From Haliotis cracherodii (Eukaryota): a DNA stretch of 64,000 bases. Below are positions 63,395-64,000 of the stretch, one piece after another. Below the pieces are notes generated by a model that saw only the letters and a program-made list of their open reading frames with translations, was not told the origin of the DNA and made no database searches. The position numbers were made by a program, and so were the translations under genes. Location of the stretch: positions 34,782,001 to 34,846,000 of the forward strand of contig NW_027266275.1 of the NCBI RefSeq assembly GCF_022045235.1, given 5' to 3'. Within the stretch, counting starts at the first letter, position 1. Each line of letters starts with the position of its first letter.

Positions 63395-64000
63395 TGACTG
63401 ATTCTTCTGTTTCAAAAGATTCTACTGATTCTTCTGATTCTTCTGACTCTACTGATTCTACTGTTTCTACTGATTCTACTAATCTTCCGATTCTGATGAT
63501 TGTACCGATTCTACTGATTCTACTGATTTTTCTGACTACTGATTCTACTGATTCTTCTTATTCTACTGATTCCTCTAATTCTACTGTTTTACTGATGTTT
63601 CTGATTCTACTTATTCTATTTATTTTTTTCTGATTCTACTTATTCTACTGATTTTTTCTGATTCTACTGATTTTGTTTCTGATTCTACTGATTTTTCTGA
63701 TTCTTCTGATTCTACTGATTCTTCTGATTCTACTAATTTTCCGATTTTGATGATTGTACCGATTCTACTGATTTTTCTGACTCTACCGATTCTTCTGATT
63801 CTACTGATTCTTCTAATTCTACTGTTTTACTGATGTTTCTGATTTTACTTGTTTTGCTGATTTTTTTCTGATACTACTGATTTTTCTGATTCTACTGAAT
63901 CTTCTGATTCTACTTATTCTACTGATTTTTTCTGATTTTTCTCATTCTTCTGAGTCTACTGAGTCTTCTGATTCTACTGATTCTACTGATTTTTCTGATT
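63395..64000. repeat. 9-bp minisatellite (gattctact/gattcttct), runs off the window end
   Basis: Direct inspection. Confidence 0.95.

Noticed and set aside
63382-64000. Asp/Ser/Thr-rich (TDS)n acidic protein
   Set aside because: Indels and stops break the 9-bp frame repeatedly; behaves as a neutral minisatellite
1-64000. Conserved miRNAs (miR-10, let-7, miR-210 etc.), rRNA, snRNA
   Set aside because: No full mature-sequence match seen by eye (only seed-length hits such as ttgtgcgtgt near 24924); an Infernal/MirGeneDB search is needed to exclude them

Overview
AT-rich (about 38-40% GC by eye), repeat-dense eukaryotic DNA with one 156-N assembly gap. I find no intact host protein-coding exon, rRNA, true tRNA gene or CRISPR array. 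The long ORFs in the track are artefacts of low-complexity repeats. The SINE families resemble those I recall from gastropod molluscs (abalone-like); this is inference, not checked. The window holds about 45 copies or fragments of four SINE-like families (called A-D here, several with clear target-site duplications), two decayed DD34E Tc1 transposons with TIRs, a decayed Penelope-like RT, a LINE 3' end, several MITE/foldback families and several minisatellites. CpG-rich, repeat-free islands with clustered TF motifs suggest a regulatory gene desert or a large intron. Most notable: (1) family A has a sharply defined 5' end, no tRNA head and a predicted pseudoknotted RNA domain; (2) a ~670-bp inverted templated insertion copied from 6 kb away that appears resolved through SINE homology; (3) a TCF/RFX/HES/CArG motif module at 52.3-53.0 kb; (4) co-oriented CTCF-like motifs. 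I cannot demonstrate a new biological system from sequence alone. Coordinates of diverged repeats are approximate.
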